Under the pieces are notes generated by a model. The model saw only the letters and a list, made by a program, of their open reading frames with translations, was not told the DNA's origin and searched no databases. Shown one piece after another: positions 1-13,449 of a stretch of DNA of 64,000 nucleotides. Both the position numbers and the translations under genes were made by a program. The stretch's first letter is position 1. Each line of letters opens with the position of its first letter. Source of the stretch: Sphyrna mokarran (Eukaryota); contig JAGIQG010000016.1 of assembly GCA_024679065.1 (NCBI GenBank), forward strand, positions 11,408,001-11,472,000, given 5' to 3'.

Positions 1-174
1 TTGCTCAATATGTATGATTGTTGAACAAAACAATGTGTCTTGCGTTCGAATGTTGATTGTAATGTTACTGAAATGCAACTGTGCAGCATTAAGTTTTGCT
101 TCCATTAACTGAATAATAATAATAATAAACTTATTTCGCGTTTTATTTTAAATTTTTCCAATGTTATACTGCAG

Positions 175-210
175 ACATACGCAAATTGAAAGAAATACTG
201 AAAGATGCTG
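175..210 (+). CDS. 36-nt phase-1 micro-exon (x)IRKLKEILKDA
   Basis: ttatactgcag|ACATACGC...GATGCTG|gtgaga; open in phase 1; clear paralog of exons at 29712 and 51812. Confidence 0.8.
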
Positions 211-631
211 GTGAGAGCAATCATCAAGGGATATGGTTCTGCTTTCAAATGTACATTTAATTCAGACACTATGTAAGATAATTAGCAACAAGACACAAAT
301 TGCTTACCCATTTTATGGAAAAAAGTAAGTGTTGACCATATCCATCAGCAATTTTAATTTCTTATAGAAACAATGTTACATCTTCACATATAGTCAAGTA
401 CGATGGAATATGATGGCGTCCAAAAAGAACAACATTTATTTGTTCAACACTAAAGGCACATGAGAAATAATCATGCGTGTGTGCAATACAAATTGATCCC
501 ATATAATGATATGTGCCAGCATGTTTCGCTTAAGCAGTGACTATAGATTATTTGACATAAAATAGTATACCGGTGTCAATTCAGATTTCCAACTGAAACT
601 TGTACTAAACGCTGGATCATCCGTTAGAAGT

Positions 632-1092
632 CATGATGTAGAGATGCCGACGTTGGACTGGGGTGAACTCAGTAAAGTTTTACAACACCAATTTTAAATC
701 CAACCAAGTTATTTGATAGTAAATTCGCAAGCTTTCGACTTTATAGCCTTCGTCAGGCAAATGCAGTGTTCTGGTCTGCAATAGCACTCATATCCACACA
801 GACAGTTACAGATTGCTGATTAGAATGCGAGTCCTTACATCTAAGTGTTAAAGTGGCTAACAATGTGTGTGAAGGGAATCCTGAGCATTGGTCTCTAACA
901 CTTGAATAGCAGGTTAGATGTAAGGATTCGCATTCTAATCAGCAATCTGTAACTGTCTGTGTGGATATGGGTGCTATTGCAGACCAGGACACTGCATTTG
1001 CCTGACGAAGGCTATAAAGTCAAAAGCTCGCGAATTTACTATCAAATAAATTGGTTGGATTTAAAAATGGTGTTGTAAAACTTTACTGAGTT
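632..1092. mobile_element. Penelope-like element terminal fragments forming an inverted repeat (arms 666-844 and 914-1092)
   Basis: Two 179-bp near-perfect reverse-complement arms around a 69-bp loop; each arm has the CTGACGA...GAAA-type motif recalled from shark Penelope pseudo-LTRs. Confidence 0.75.
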
Positions 1093-1448
1093 AATCGGTT
1101 AGAAACAGACAATCTGAAAAATTTATTCTTAACGTCAAACAACAAAAACTGGAAATATTAAAATGTTGCAGATAAGTAATTAATTTATAGATTAATTTCA
1201 AGCTAAAATCTGTGACAAGGCGAAACACGTTGGAAAAATATATCTGAATTGACAACGAAACATCAGCTTGCATGTGTGATTTCTTCAGCACTCACATGGA
1301 TCAATCCAGGGAAAGAACAGGAATTCGTATTCATTATTGCTGCACATCATTTTCTTTTAACAGGAAATAATGAAGTAAAAAACTAATGCGATGTGATTGC
1401 AGTTAAATGAGAAATTTTAAGGCTGATCACGAAGAGATATTTTGCAAG

Positions 1449-1473
1449 ACAATCAAAATAGGTATCTAAATAG
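1449..1473 (+). CDS. candidate 25-nt micro-exon (phase 1 to 2) DNQNRYLN
   Basis: ttttgcaag|ACAATC...AATAG|gtaacg; frame is restored by the 29-nt candidate at 2539; xNQ start resembles exon 51921. Confidence 0.35.
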
Positions 1474-1726
1474 GTAACGCACACTTTTTTTGTTTAATAG
1501 ATTTATTATCAGAATTTTGGCATGCATATTAGCAACGCATGTGCTTAGAATAAAAGTACAAATAGAATAAAAACACCCTGGTAGAACTAGAGTTCGGTTT
1601 CGGAACTTAGAATTCTCCTATCTACGAATATTTAGAATTAAGGAAAGGTACTCCGAGTTTGCATTTCCTGTAAGCGCCCCTCTCCCCAACCAAAACTCAG
1701 TTCTTCCTTCTGGACGCCGAGACCAA

Positions 1727-1757
1727 ACACACACACACACACACGCACACACACACA
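1727..1757. repeat. (CA)n microsatellite
   Basis: Directly visible. Confidence 0.95.
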
Positions 1758-2538
1758 AAACACGAAAGACTAGATGCTATATTATCACTCTGCCATGTTG
1801 AACGACATTTGGAGGAAATACTTGCCTGGCAATGGCACAACAGGTCCTATAACTGGTGGTGATCGTGACGGTGGGGGATTATTGATAATTGAAATGAGGA
1901 AGTGAAAATGTCAGAAATTAGAGTTGTGCAGTGTACATTAAGTAAACAAACAAAGGAAAACCATGATCTAATTCACGCAAGTAGGCATGGTCTACCAAAA
2001 CGAACAATCATCCATCTACCAGACTGACCAACAAGCAGTAATTTTGATCTGATATTCTGTACTCATATTAAGAAAAATAAAACTCCATAGTGCTACTAAC
2101 GTGGTGTTACTTTGGATAAATTTTGATCAGTTCTATGAACTCACCCGTTAACACCAATAAGGCATTCACGGCCACGAACTGAATTAGATTGTGATCAATT
2201 AAATCATTCATGTTTATGGCACTGTATCTGCCCCACTCGAAATACCCACTGGAATATAATGAGAGAGGGGATGAAGCAATCGAAAGTTCTTGGATGAGTG
2301 AAGAGTTGTAAATGACAAGTCTGCAGTATCTCGATGAACTACTGAACGCTATGCACCAATATTGTGAAAGAAGCAGACAGTCAATTTGCACTCCAGAAAG
2401 GACAAGCAGCGTGCGATACAAAACATTCTACGACCAAGGGATCACAATAATCTTATGCGAGCCTATGATATTCAAACTTAAATAAGCATGGGCAAATGCA
2501 AAGCTCAATGGAATATCTAACACCACAACTATTCCTAG

Positions 2539-2567
2539 TTGCTGTAAGCGCGAGACTGAAAATCTAC
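2539..2567 (+). CDS. candidate 29-nt micro-exon (phase 2 to 1) SCCKRETENL
   Basis: attcctag|TTGCTG...ATCTAC|gtaagt, strong donor; 25+29=54=27+27. Confidence 0.4.
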
Positions 2568-4775
2568 GTAAGTGTTTAGGCTGAGTCATTTACGATTTGC
2601 TTAACGGCAAACTTAGTCTGACTGAGTGATCCATCTTCGCTCTTCCAATGATTCAATTAATTAAAAATGTCATATTTTAACGAACAAGATTCAGTCTGCT
2701 TGGTGCCCAAAAAAAGTTTAATTTAATGGTATGGGCGCTAATATTATTCCAATAATAGTACCTTATTTAGCATCCAAATTTGTTAAACATGCGTCTAAAA
2801 TGGTCCATTCAGCCAAAGATCCGCCATACACACAACAATGTGGAAATTTGGGAAATATCTCAAGTAGTTTGACAAGAACAGAGCCTGTCGTTAATGATTA
2901 CGGCCATTCGTTTGTAATTTGAAAGAAACAATGAACAAAACTAATGTCAAAGAATGTTTGTTGTCCAATAACTTGCTCACAGATGTCAGCACCACTCGAA
3001 TGCTAACATTGCTCGAGTGCAATGGTTCAGACAAGGAATGAATGAAGAAATCCAACGGAAAACTCATTGCTGTTAAGATTTATAACTATAGATCGATTGA
3101 GCGATCGTTGCCTTACAGATTCCTAGCATAAGTGCAGTCAGCAATAAACGGGTAGAGAGGGTGAGGGGCGTTTGTGTGAGACGCGGTGTGGAACTTCTGT
3201 TTGTTAGCGCGCCAAATATATTGAACTAGAAAAAAAAAGGTCGTTGGAGGTTAGAAAAAAAAAATCAGTTGTAAGATCAGAGGATAAACTACAATTTCCA
3301 AAGAATTATATTCACACAGAATATAGCGTGCATCATAAGACCATTCGTCCAATCGACTGTGCACAGTTTCTCCGGAATACAGAATTAAGAACAGATTCTC
3401 ACCGCCGGATCCCCAAAACCTTGCAATTGCGCCTTGATGAATTTTGACCATCACATGGACTATATAAGGAATCCGTACCACCCAGAAGGAACTATTCGCA
3501 CCGAAGCCCGAATTCAAACAGAGGTCATCGCAGCTTTAAAGCACAGGCATAAAACGTTGTGATGAGTCCTGCTATCTTAAGCTGTTTTACTGATGGGCTT
3601 CCGACCGTCATTATGTCAGAAGTGAGGATATTCGATTATTAATGTCCAACCTTTCAACACTTTTGAAAACGACTGGAATACTGAGGGGGACTATATATTA
3701 AGGCAGACAGTTAGTAGGTATCAGGAACAAAAAACTATGGCACACAATTGGCGTTTGTGGCACCAGTATCTGGCAATGACAGTCATCCGGAAAGAAAAAA
3801 AATCTAAACATCGCACTTGACATTCAAACAAAAATATTTATTTATTCCTCATCTCTGTTTTTTTTTAAATTATTTTTGATCAGATCATCAGTTGGGCAAG
3901 CATGTTGATGTGCTCACAATCGGCCAAACATGAGAATAGTTGCAGCAAATAATTCAATACGAGTGGCGACAAACCCCATCCATAAGATGGCATAAGCAAT
4001 TATGGCATTTGGAATTTGTAGTTTACCGTGTGTTCTTACAAATGATTTATCTGACATCCAATCTGCCTGAAAGACGACAGATTTAAATTAAAACGAGGAT
4101 GATGTCAGCCCATTTGATCGATACAATTCTGCAAGTCTTCTTGGTCACATTACCGGAAATCAGTGTCATCTACAAGACGCGTTACAGGATCACATCTACA
4201 TGTATCTGGGAACATATATATCCTCCTTAATTTCGCTGTCCCATTATAACATTATAACAGTAATAATAGTCGTTTGTGAAGGAAATGGTCAAGGGCAAAG
4301 TATTTCATTTGAAGTTTTGATTGGCTGAAACATCGAAAGAATTTGTGATTCTTCGCCGTACAAAGAATACTTTTACTGCAAGATACACGCAAAAAGGTTA
4401 AAGTTTTGACAGAGTTGCGGGACAGAACCATGTTATTATTATTATTACTAGCAGGCAACTTCGGACTTGAAAAGTAAGGAAGAAATAGAGGTTTAGCAAA
4501 TGAACGAGATGGGGCTTAATTGCTTTATCTTAATTATGGTTTGATGAAACGATTAAATTTTAAAAGAACAAATGAAGCGTTTTTATGATGAGCTTTGAAA
4601 TTTTTTTTACATACTTTGAAATTGTCACATGCACAAAGCCATAATAAAAACATACATCATGCAAATGACTGTGCTCGTTTCAACGAGCACATAATTAATA
4701 AGTCTCCACCTTGCGTCACTATTCTAAATCAATTGTGTTAATTGGTATTAAGTATACTAACAATATTTTTTTCAG

Positions 4776-4802
4776 AGGAAAAACTGCGTGCATGCCATGC
4801 CG
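4776..4802 (+). CDS. 27-nt phase-1 micro-exon (x)EKLRACHA
   Basis: atttttttcag|AGGAAA...TGCCG|gtaagt; Cys at the same position as in exon 33973. Confidence 0.8.
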
Positions 4803-5009
4803 GTAAGTTGTTCTTCACAGAACATTATCATCAATCGTGCGAACGCAATGATATAGCCATTGGCGAATATTTGCTGTCGTACATGCATTTACACTGAATA
4901 ATTTATGTCATGTTACCAAGTTTGGAAAAAAAATAATGCGTTCATCTCAAAACTTACCTTTGCTGAAATTCATGTCGCTTTTCTTGACAGCCTTGGGTTA
5001 TATAAATAG

Positions 5010-7790
5010 GTGAATGGACCGCACGTGTTGTATGTCGAAGCGGAATCTCATGTGGTACTTTGCCTGCAGGATCCAGGGTGAGAGTCGTGTTTTCCCAGCT
5101 TGATGAATATTAGAGTGGCTGTGAAAAGATACAACTTTTGTGGTTCACGTTGGGAAAACAAGATAGGAACAAATACGATTGTGAAAAAAAACGTGTTTTG
5201 GGATTAACAGGAACTGAGAACTCAATTATTAAGGGCACTTTCATGAGTTGTGATGTTTGTATTATTCCCTGACTCACGTGTAATTTGGCAAAGATGCGAG
5301 AAAATATAAGTGGGTGAAATGTGATTAGTTGGTGGTGCTAGGATTAGGAGCGTTATGTAATGCTGGGACCATCTCCCCTGAACCGATCTGTGACCCGTGC
5401 TCCAGGAAAAAAAAAACTATAAATAAGGTGTATACCAGGATTTTAAATGACCAGATGGTGCAGATAAGAGTTAAAAATACAAGATATGTAATTGTTTTGA
5501 AACAAACCAGCAGTTTTGCATGTGGAGTGCCGGGATGTCTACTGTGTGGTGATTATGAACATAGAGAAACGGAAAAGGAACAGAGGAGAAGCTCCTAAAG
5601 TTGCCGGAACTAATAAGAAGACATTTTATTGAGAAAGTTTTAGGAACCTCGCAAAAGAGTAAACCAAAAGAAGGGCAAAATGAACAGCGGGGTTCATAAT
5701 GCAGAAATGTGTGTGATGTTTAGAGTGCGTGCAGTTAATTACATAATGTAAAATAACTTTTTTATCGCAGATTGATGTTTTGAGAACTGATGTGTTCATC
5801 ATAGACACATGTTTGCAAGACGACCAGATCTGGTAGCTAGTTATGTAAGGATTCACGTCATGTTGAAAAGGCAGACTGTTGATCAGACGGGTTGATGTTG
5901 CCTTGTTAGGAACGACCATATTTAAATCGATCGTAAGAAACAACTTGAATGTTGAAGGTGTAGGATCTGTGTGGGCCGATTTGAGGAAAAACAGCGTTAA
6001 AAGCCTGTAAAGGAGTTCTGTAGAGACATCTGAGAAGGAGAAGGGATATGGGGTAGAAGATTGCCCAGCAGATAAAAAAAAATCGTATAAAAATGCAACG
6101 TGAGATTGTTCATAGATGATTTAAATATGTAGGCGGCTTGGAAAAAAAATGGTAGTGGATGGAAAGAAATTACACAGTGGAATGCTGACGACATGGATTT
6201 TCGGAGCCTTCTCTGGTTGAACTGACAAGGGAGCAAATGATTCTTAATTTGTTGAAGTATAATGAGTTAGACATTACTTGGGAACATAAATGAAAGGGAT
6301 CCTTAGGAGATCTGGATAGAAACATGATATAATTTACCCTTAAATCGTGAGAAGGGTGAAGCTAACATTAGATATGACAGCATTTCAGTTGTGGTTTAAA
6401 TCACTGGATTGAGGCACGTCCAAGAGGTAATTAATCCATACAACATCATTATTTCAGAGGAAAGATAGAAATAAACGGGAAATTAGAAAACTTAACTATG
6501 ACTTTGGTTGTAAGCATTTTTTTAAAGTCCATCATTAAAAAAAAATGAAATTGTGGAATATATGTAAATTGACGTTAAAAATGGCGAAGTCAGCATGGAT
6601 TCATCAAAGGGAGGCCCTACATGACATGCCGTTGAGAATAGTTTGAATAAATAATGAACACGTTAGACAACAAAAACAATAATTGTCATCTTTTTCGATT
6701 TTCAGAAGTGCATTGACAAGTTGTCACACAGGAGACAGCTTGAAAGGTTAAAAAAAAACACATGATGTTAGAGGCAACGGACTGCATAAATAATAATAAA
6801 AAAAACGGTTGACTGGTCTAAGATAGAGAGTTGGGATGAAATGATCTTTTTCAATATAGCAGCCGGTGTCCAGTTGAGGTCTGCAGTTTTTAGTACTGGG
6901 ATTACATTCTCTTCACTTCATAATCAACTATGTACTTAATGGCACTGAAGGCCTTGGGGCAAGATTTGCAATGGTACATTGTTTGTAGGTAGACCGGCTG
7001 GATGCAAAATTCCTTCGACCATTTAGGGCAGTAGAAATAAAGTTATTTATGGAAAACAACCAATGAAATTATGAGCTATACACTTTGGTAGGAAGAGTAT
7101 AATAGTTTTTTTTTTTAATCAAGTGTACAAAAATTGAAAACATAAAGAGATTTGGGAGTTCAAATTCCAGATTCTCCTAAGGTTAGTTTGAATAATGAGG
7201 TGGTGCTAACGAACACAGATGCATTGAAATAATTCATTTCCAGAGGACGATAGCTCAAGAGCAGGAATGTACTACTGGAACTTTCAAAAGCTTTTATCAG
7301 ACCACTGTTGGAATGTTTAGAATAATTTAGGGCTACATGTCTGAGAAACGATGTTCTGGCCTTGGAGATTGTGTAGAAGAAGGTAACAATAACGGTCCCA
7401 ACAACGGAAAGGTTGATATATGACGAGCGTTTGAAGGATTCGGATATTTATTCAATGGACTTTGGAAGGTTGAGGGCTGATATAATTGCAACTTACTAAA
7501 TCTGAATGGCAGGATAGAGTGGAAGTAGGGAAAAAATGTACTACTGGGAAAGAGTAGGCTACTTGGGCACAGAAGCAGATTGATCAGGCGGCTCTTTAGA
7601 ACCGAAATGATGAGGAATTTCTTCAGCAACAGGGTACTCAATGTATGAAGTTCACTTCCACAGCAGGCTGTGGAGGCAGGGCCTATCAGTTAATTTAAGA
7701 CACAGACGGATAACTTCTTGGTTGGTAAGGGAACAGAAGTTATGGGAAAATAAAAAGAGAATGGGATTCCATTGTAGTGCATATTCGCTG
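5010..7790 (+). mobile_element. Old, near full-length degenerate CR1 LINE (ORF1 esterase, endonuclease, RT, 3' end)
   Basis: VVHVGTNDIG-like remnant ~5140; DFQKAFDKVPH-like remnant ~6700; RNFFSxRV-like 3' remnant ~7610; many stops and frameshifts. Confidence 0.7.
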
Positions 7791-8210
7791 GACAGAAGTT
7801 GCTAATTTTATCCTGGCATTTCGTTTCTTTGCGCATTGTTCTATGGATGCAGTCAAATGGTGAATGACTAGGGCTTTCTGGGTGTAAACATTTTTCCTCA
7901 CTTGGAACCTCTGCAAAGAGATAGTTTCCATGATCTCCACATTAATATTATCAACAGTTATTGGTAAACGTTACTCGCTGATTCAGAATAGAGGCAGAGA
8001 CATGATGAACGTGTCCTCGGGGAGGAAGACGGAACCTCCCAAAATTGGCGTATACGTTTGAATAAGTTAACATCTCGCAGTGCTTGATCCACTAGAAGAA
8101 TGGGGATTGGAACATATAGAACAAAGGTCCTTGTGATGTTCTTACGCACTTCAAAATAAATGAGTTTTATAATTTGCATTGTTTTATTTGTTCCCATTTG
8201 TCTCAATTAA

Positions 8211-8237
8211 ACCTGAGCTACTACATGAAAAATGTTG
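8211..8237 (+). pseudogene. probable dead 27-nt micro-exon (acceptor AG>AA) DLSYYMKNV
   Basis: Long pyrimidine tract ending caattaa (cf. caattag at 11004 and 30277), then exactly 27 nt open in phase 1, then gtaagc. Confidence 0.45.
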
Positions 8238-9449
8238 GTAAGCAGTGAGTTGCAATGCAAGAAACATGCGACAATGGTGGTGTACATAACTGCGAAATGT
8301 ACTGTTTCATTATTCTCTGTCTGTTGACTTCCCGCTCCCCAATTTCACGAGCAAGAAGTCATGGCCAAATTTTATTTCGAATATGTTGGGACAGGCACTA
8401 AAACATTAAGAGAAATGTGGTTTCAATCCGGCAAATAATTGAAAAGGCATTTCCCTTGACATTCAATTTCATTAATACCCACAAATCCGTATTATGAATG
8501 GTATTATGACGACTGAGCAGTAACTCAACACAATAGGGAACCTCATTGCATTCGCCGTAACAACAGGCAAGTAGTGGGTCATGGTTTGCTAATTAAGTAA
8601 TTAAACTGCTCAGTGAGGTCGACAACATTTGAGTTCAAATTGTGAAGAAGAACTATGTCATTGACGAGATAAGTACATGTCCAAATGATGACGCAGCTTG
8701 CAACATAATTGCAGGGAAGATAGCTGAGTTGATGAAAACTTTGCATTCATATATTTCTGACTCCGCGACAGACAGTGCCTTATTTTTGCAATGCACAATG
8801 GAACACATTCAACACGCTCATTCGAAGGCCACTTACAACATGTCTAAGTGTAGCATCTGAAAATACAATGACACAATCAACAATAATTTAACACCAGAGC
8901 AATAAATAATAACGAAATAACATTTTGAATAGTGATTGTCAATGGAACAAATGCTGGGAATTCCCAATGTAACAGTACTCCTTCAACAATGACGTTCTCC
9001 ACCAGCTACTTGGTTTAAATAAGCATAATTCATTTTTTTTAAAGTTTTGACTCAGGCACCGAGAGGCGTGTTCATGCAAATAGACGATATAACATATACA
9101 TATCCCAATATATTCGGGCTCTATTACAATTCGTGTGATTCCCCTTTCTATAATTCGCATTTACTAATTTAATAAGCATCTGTGAGGCAGAAGATGAATT
9201 TAATCGTCGGTTGCCCTTTTCCATCTGCCGCAACAAGGCTTTCCGTGTACCACTGCACTCTTGCTACGTTGACAATCAAAATCGTCAGTGAAAATAGTTG
9301 TGTGTATTATACATGCCTAGCTTATCACTTTACGATTTGTGGTCAAAAAGTATTTCAACGTGATGAATACTTCAATTCTAATCACGTCAGTAACTTCCCG
9401 GGAAGTACATTTGCCATGAATTCAACGAATTATGCATTCGTATCATGAC

Positions 9450-10050
9450 AAACGTGTTCTATCCACATGTTGCTATTCTTAAAATTTAAGAAATAAGATG
9501 TATTGGAAATTATTTCCGTCTATCGCTTCTGGTCAATGATTATCATCCATTGGAGAAGGTGCCATATTTCTTAAATGACAGTCGTGAGAGGGCATTCGTT
9601 TTCTCTTTCCAGTCAGGTCATCATGTGCCTGATGACACACCCTTTCTTTGCGATGAGCTCCCAAAGGTCCTGCGACAATATCGGGAAAACTATTGAATGT
9701 GTTGATTTCCAGATTACTCTGAAAGATACGTTTTACTGTCGTCCTGTGGCAATGCTGCAGGAGTCGGACAATGAGAAAATACTGATGATGCATCCGTGAG
9801 TAATAGTTTTTTTTTGAATACAGATTCGAATTCCATGATCATTTCGTGCAGTTGTTCTCAGCTATCTGAACACAGATGTTCAGATGCGCTAAATGAAGTG
9901 TGCCTTGTGTATCTGGTCAGAGCTATGGAGGTACATGCCGTATTTCTCACTGCAGAATACCATTTGCCGTTTTAGCCTTCCATGTGAAATGCTGTTCCAA
10001 TTTTGCTGGTGCTGATTATTTCTTGGCATGATGAAAATCCCGTGAAGGAT
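9450..10050 (-). mobile_element. Degenerate non-LTR retrotransposon fragment, possibly RTE-like
   Basis: Weak recalled similarity to reverse-strand RTE RT region; no intact ORF. Confidence 0.3.
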
Positions 10051-10727
10051 TCAAAAATAGTGAAATGTCAAGTGGCTTATTTCAAGAGTCCGATAGCGGA
10101 TTTTTTTTTTGTTTGTTTGTTTTGCCTTCGAAACAACGCACTTATTAACGTACACTGACATCTTAGAATTCCCAACTGAGCTCGTATGTCATGCAGATAC
10201 CTATACGTTTGCTTTGACTGTGTCATCAAAGTTGTGCTCACATTATCTTCAAAATAAATCATTGGTGCTGAGAGATGTTACCGAATAAAACTGATTGCTG
10301 CAGAGGTCACCCACAATGTGAAATATCGTTTCCGTAAGAACAGCAAAACGAACAAAAGCACATTGATGTAACGCAGCATAAATTTATTAACACTTGTACT
10401 CTGCCAGTTTGTGAACAAAAATGCGACTTCGTTGCAAATAACGTTCATGAATATATCGTGATATCGGACCTTGTCGTGTTTTCAAATTTTCCCATGTCTG
10501 GTTGTGCATCATAACGAGCTCCGGTTTCCTTCAGCAGCACGAAAATAAGTAGAATTGGTGTAACAGCGATGCATGCTTTTTCCTTGCTGTGCAAATAAGC
10601 ATACGTTAGATGGAATAGACGTGATCAATGGGCAATGTTTCGAGGAAAACGGCGGGTCTTGGTGAAATGCTCCTTCAGCGAGTTGATGCCAAATCGATGA
10701 ACCCAACGCACTCTTTCTGACCTGTAG

Positions 10728-10775
10728 GATTCCATCGTTATGATATTTATATGTTGTGTGGTTGGAAGAAAACCA
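10728..10775 (+). CDS. candidate 48-nt symmetric exon GFHRYDIYMLCGWKKT
   Basis: ctctttctgacctgtag|GATTCC...AAACCA|gtaagt; open in phase 1; atypical length. Confidence 0.4.
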
Positions 10776-11004
10776 GTAAGTTCAGTCTATTTCGTTCGCA
10801 GCCATGTCTTCTTAATTGTGTTAGGCTTTTCAATTAGTGCTGAACATTTTCACCTCATTTCCATACTCAGATGGTTACTGAATAAATTCGAAATCAAAAT
10901 ACCATGATGCTGACATCCATGGAAAGAATGGTTTGTGGTGAACCAGAAAATGTCTTCTGTTTTTATTTCATTTATTAACAAAAACAATATGAACTTTCAA
11001 TTAG

Positions 11005-11031
11005 ATCAACGCACGAAAGACTTCAAAACAG
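11005..11031 (+). CDS. 27-nt phase-1 micro-exon (x)QRTKDFKT
   Basis: actttcaattag|ATCAAC...AAACAG|gtaaaa. Confidence 0.7.
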
Positions 11032-11322
11032 GTAAAACAATTTGAATGTCAGATGAATAACACAACTAAATCGAACTGGGTGATGAAATAGAAATGGAAT
11101 TTGATGCACAATATCCTTATGTTGTAATTTATCGACATGGACGTTAATTCGGAATTTTGAGACGGCACAGCCCGATTTTAATTTCCACATTATACAATTG
11201 TCGAACATCTTCTGAGTTTCATTTTCGGTAATTACTTCATCAGATCAATATATTAGCAATCGGTTAACAGTGAGGAATTATTCCTGTATCAGCTCACCAT
11301 TATTTTCTGTGTATGCAGAACC

Positions 11323-11395
11323 AGAGAGATAGGGAGAGAGAGCGAGAGAAGAGAAAGAGAGAGAGGGGAGGGAGAAGCAGAGAGAAAGGGAGAGA
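11323..11395. repeat. (GA)-rich simple repeat
   Basis: Directly visible. Confidence 0.9.
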
Positions 11396-12925
11396 TTGCG
11401 CTAGGCGGGGGTTTGTTACTCTTAAGTGGCCGTCAAAACACCATTTGCATTATTCACGGAAGATTAGAATCAACTATTCGTTAAATCCCAATTATTACTG
11501 ATAATGCTGAATATATGCACTGTACTGTATTATAAGTTATATTCTCGATCACGATAAAATTAAGTTCTAGCAAATAATAATCTTGTTAGCAAGGAAGTTT
11601 CAACCTTCGTAATAAATAATGGGTAATGCAAATACATAAATGCATACGTGACACTAACCTATAGCACTTTCGCGCAAGGAAGTGTTTTCATTTCTTTTTT
11701 TTCGTTTCTGAATCGCTTGCTCAGCTTCATTCCTTAAGGAGTTTCGCATGAATAGAAAAACAAACAGAGAGTGATGGAAAGAAAACGTGCCACTAATGTG
11801 CTATAGCCGGATTCCTAATGCAAAGTTCACTCATTTGGTACTATTGAATATCTTGTAACTAAGGCAAACATTCATAATGTATTTTTTAACGTTCCATTTA
11901 GTGTATCTGAACGCACATTAGCATGATTTGCGGAGAGTTGGATGAGTCCATTATGGAAGTTGACAATTTCACTGGTGGAAGATGAAGCTTCAGGAGAGAT
12001 GGACAATTTTCCGGGGCTTACAGCCCTTCCTTTCCCTGTCAAGATTTTGCATCAACTCGCTCTCTGTGGTGGCATTCTTGGTGCTCATTCCCTCCCCTCA
12101 TGCTGGTCCTCGACTCTCGGAAATTTTCATTTTTTTGCCATTATTTCCCACGTATGGTTTCAGGATTGGAATTGAAGTGTTGTGTCAATACTGTTGGTAC
12201 TCTCTTTCCTTACACAACACCTCATAGACATCCAGTTCTGTGGTCTTGCATCAGGCATGCTGAAAATATGATACTTCCTGTAATATAAATACATTGTGGT
12301 CAACGATTCAGTGATGTGGACTTTGGCTAGAGAGACAACTGTTACTTTGGGACTTGTATCGTGCCCATCGACATGTGTGGAGGCAGCACTATCTGTACTG
12401 CTGCTGTATGTTGACGTGCATATGCAACTTCCATGAGAGAAATCTGAGGACATGTTTCATGTCTGTTCTCTAGTCTATAAACTTAATGTATTTTCTAGTT
12501 CCCAGCTTTCTAACGATCTATTCCTCTGTAAATGGAAAATTGAGTCGGGAGACTAAGATGGTGCTGATAATCATTGTCGTCACATTTTTTTTTTGCCAAT
12601 AGGTTCCAACGCTGTGTAATATGGAGGTCTGCGCCCGTGGCCTCGCCTTCAATTATCATGACTGTCCGACTAGCCTCTATGATGCAGGGACGTTAATCGT
12701 GGATTAAATAATCTTATGCATGTTTATTGCGAGGAGCAAATTTCTTGTCGTAATGTGAGAAAATGTTGATACTATTTTCAACAGCACTTTCGAGTATGCT
12801 AAGACGTTTGTCGAGTCCATAGACGACTGCCAAAATCGAAAGTCACAAACTTGAATCTCATTTGCAGGCCCTGGTTGATGAACAGCTAACATTTTAATCT
12901 GCCATTTATTCGCACATTGCCACAG

Positions 12926-12963
12926 AACTTGCGGAGTGTGAGATGAAGATTGCAGAAAAATAG
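12926..12963 (+). pseudogene. 36-nt-class exon ELAECEMKIAEK lacking a donor and reading into TAG (dead or alternative terminal exon)
   Basis: gccacag|AACTTG...GAAAAAT followed by ag instead of gt; length and ending match exons 29712 and 51812. Confidence 0.3.
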
Positions 12964-13449
12964 ATGGAATAATGCGCTTCCATGGGAAATGGCTGCCTGA
13001 TACTCTCTGATTCTAAGTTACATCTGTGGTGGTTCTTTAAAAAAAAAAGTATGTAGGTACAGGTTGTTCTGGGCAATTACTTTTACTCGCAAACAACAAA
13101 AAAACAGCGTCGCATTATCCCTCAGAGTTTATTCTCATGCTCGAGATGTGATGCAAGAAGCAATTTGGTAAATTTCTCTGAAGTTGCATATTGGAAATAT
13201 CATGCCCACTTTGCCCTATTGTGGCAAGTGCATGCTTAGTTGAAAATGAGCTTGCAGTGTCTGTTGTTTATGATCTTTAAGATCTTACTTATGGCTGATA
13301 TTTTGTAAAGTTTATATTATGTTGTCACGAGCACCAGAACAGCAGCTTTCAACAATAATTGATCATAATTCATATTAAGTATTATCCACACGGTGATCAA
13401 ATGGGAAACTCTAAAAGGACATCTCAAAACTCTGACTTGCAACTTGACA

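Noticed and set aside
4991-5009. Micro-exon ttgacag|CCTTGG...AATAG|gtgaat
   Set aside because: 19 nt, frameshifting, and at the edge of a degenerate CR1
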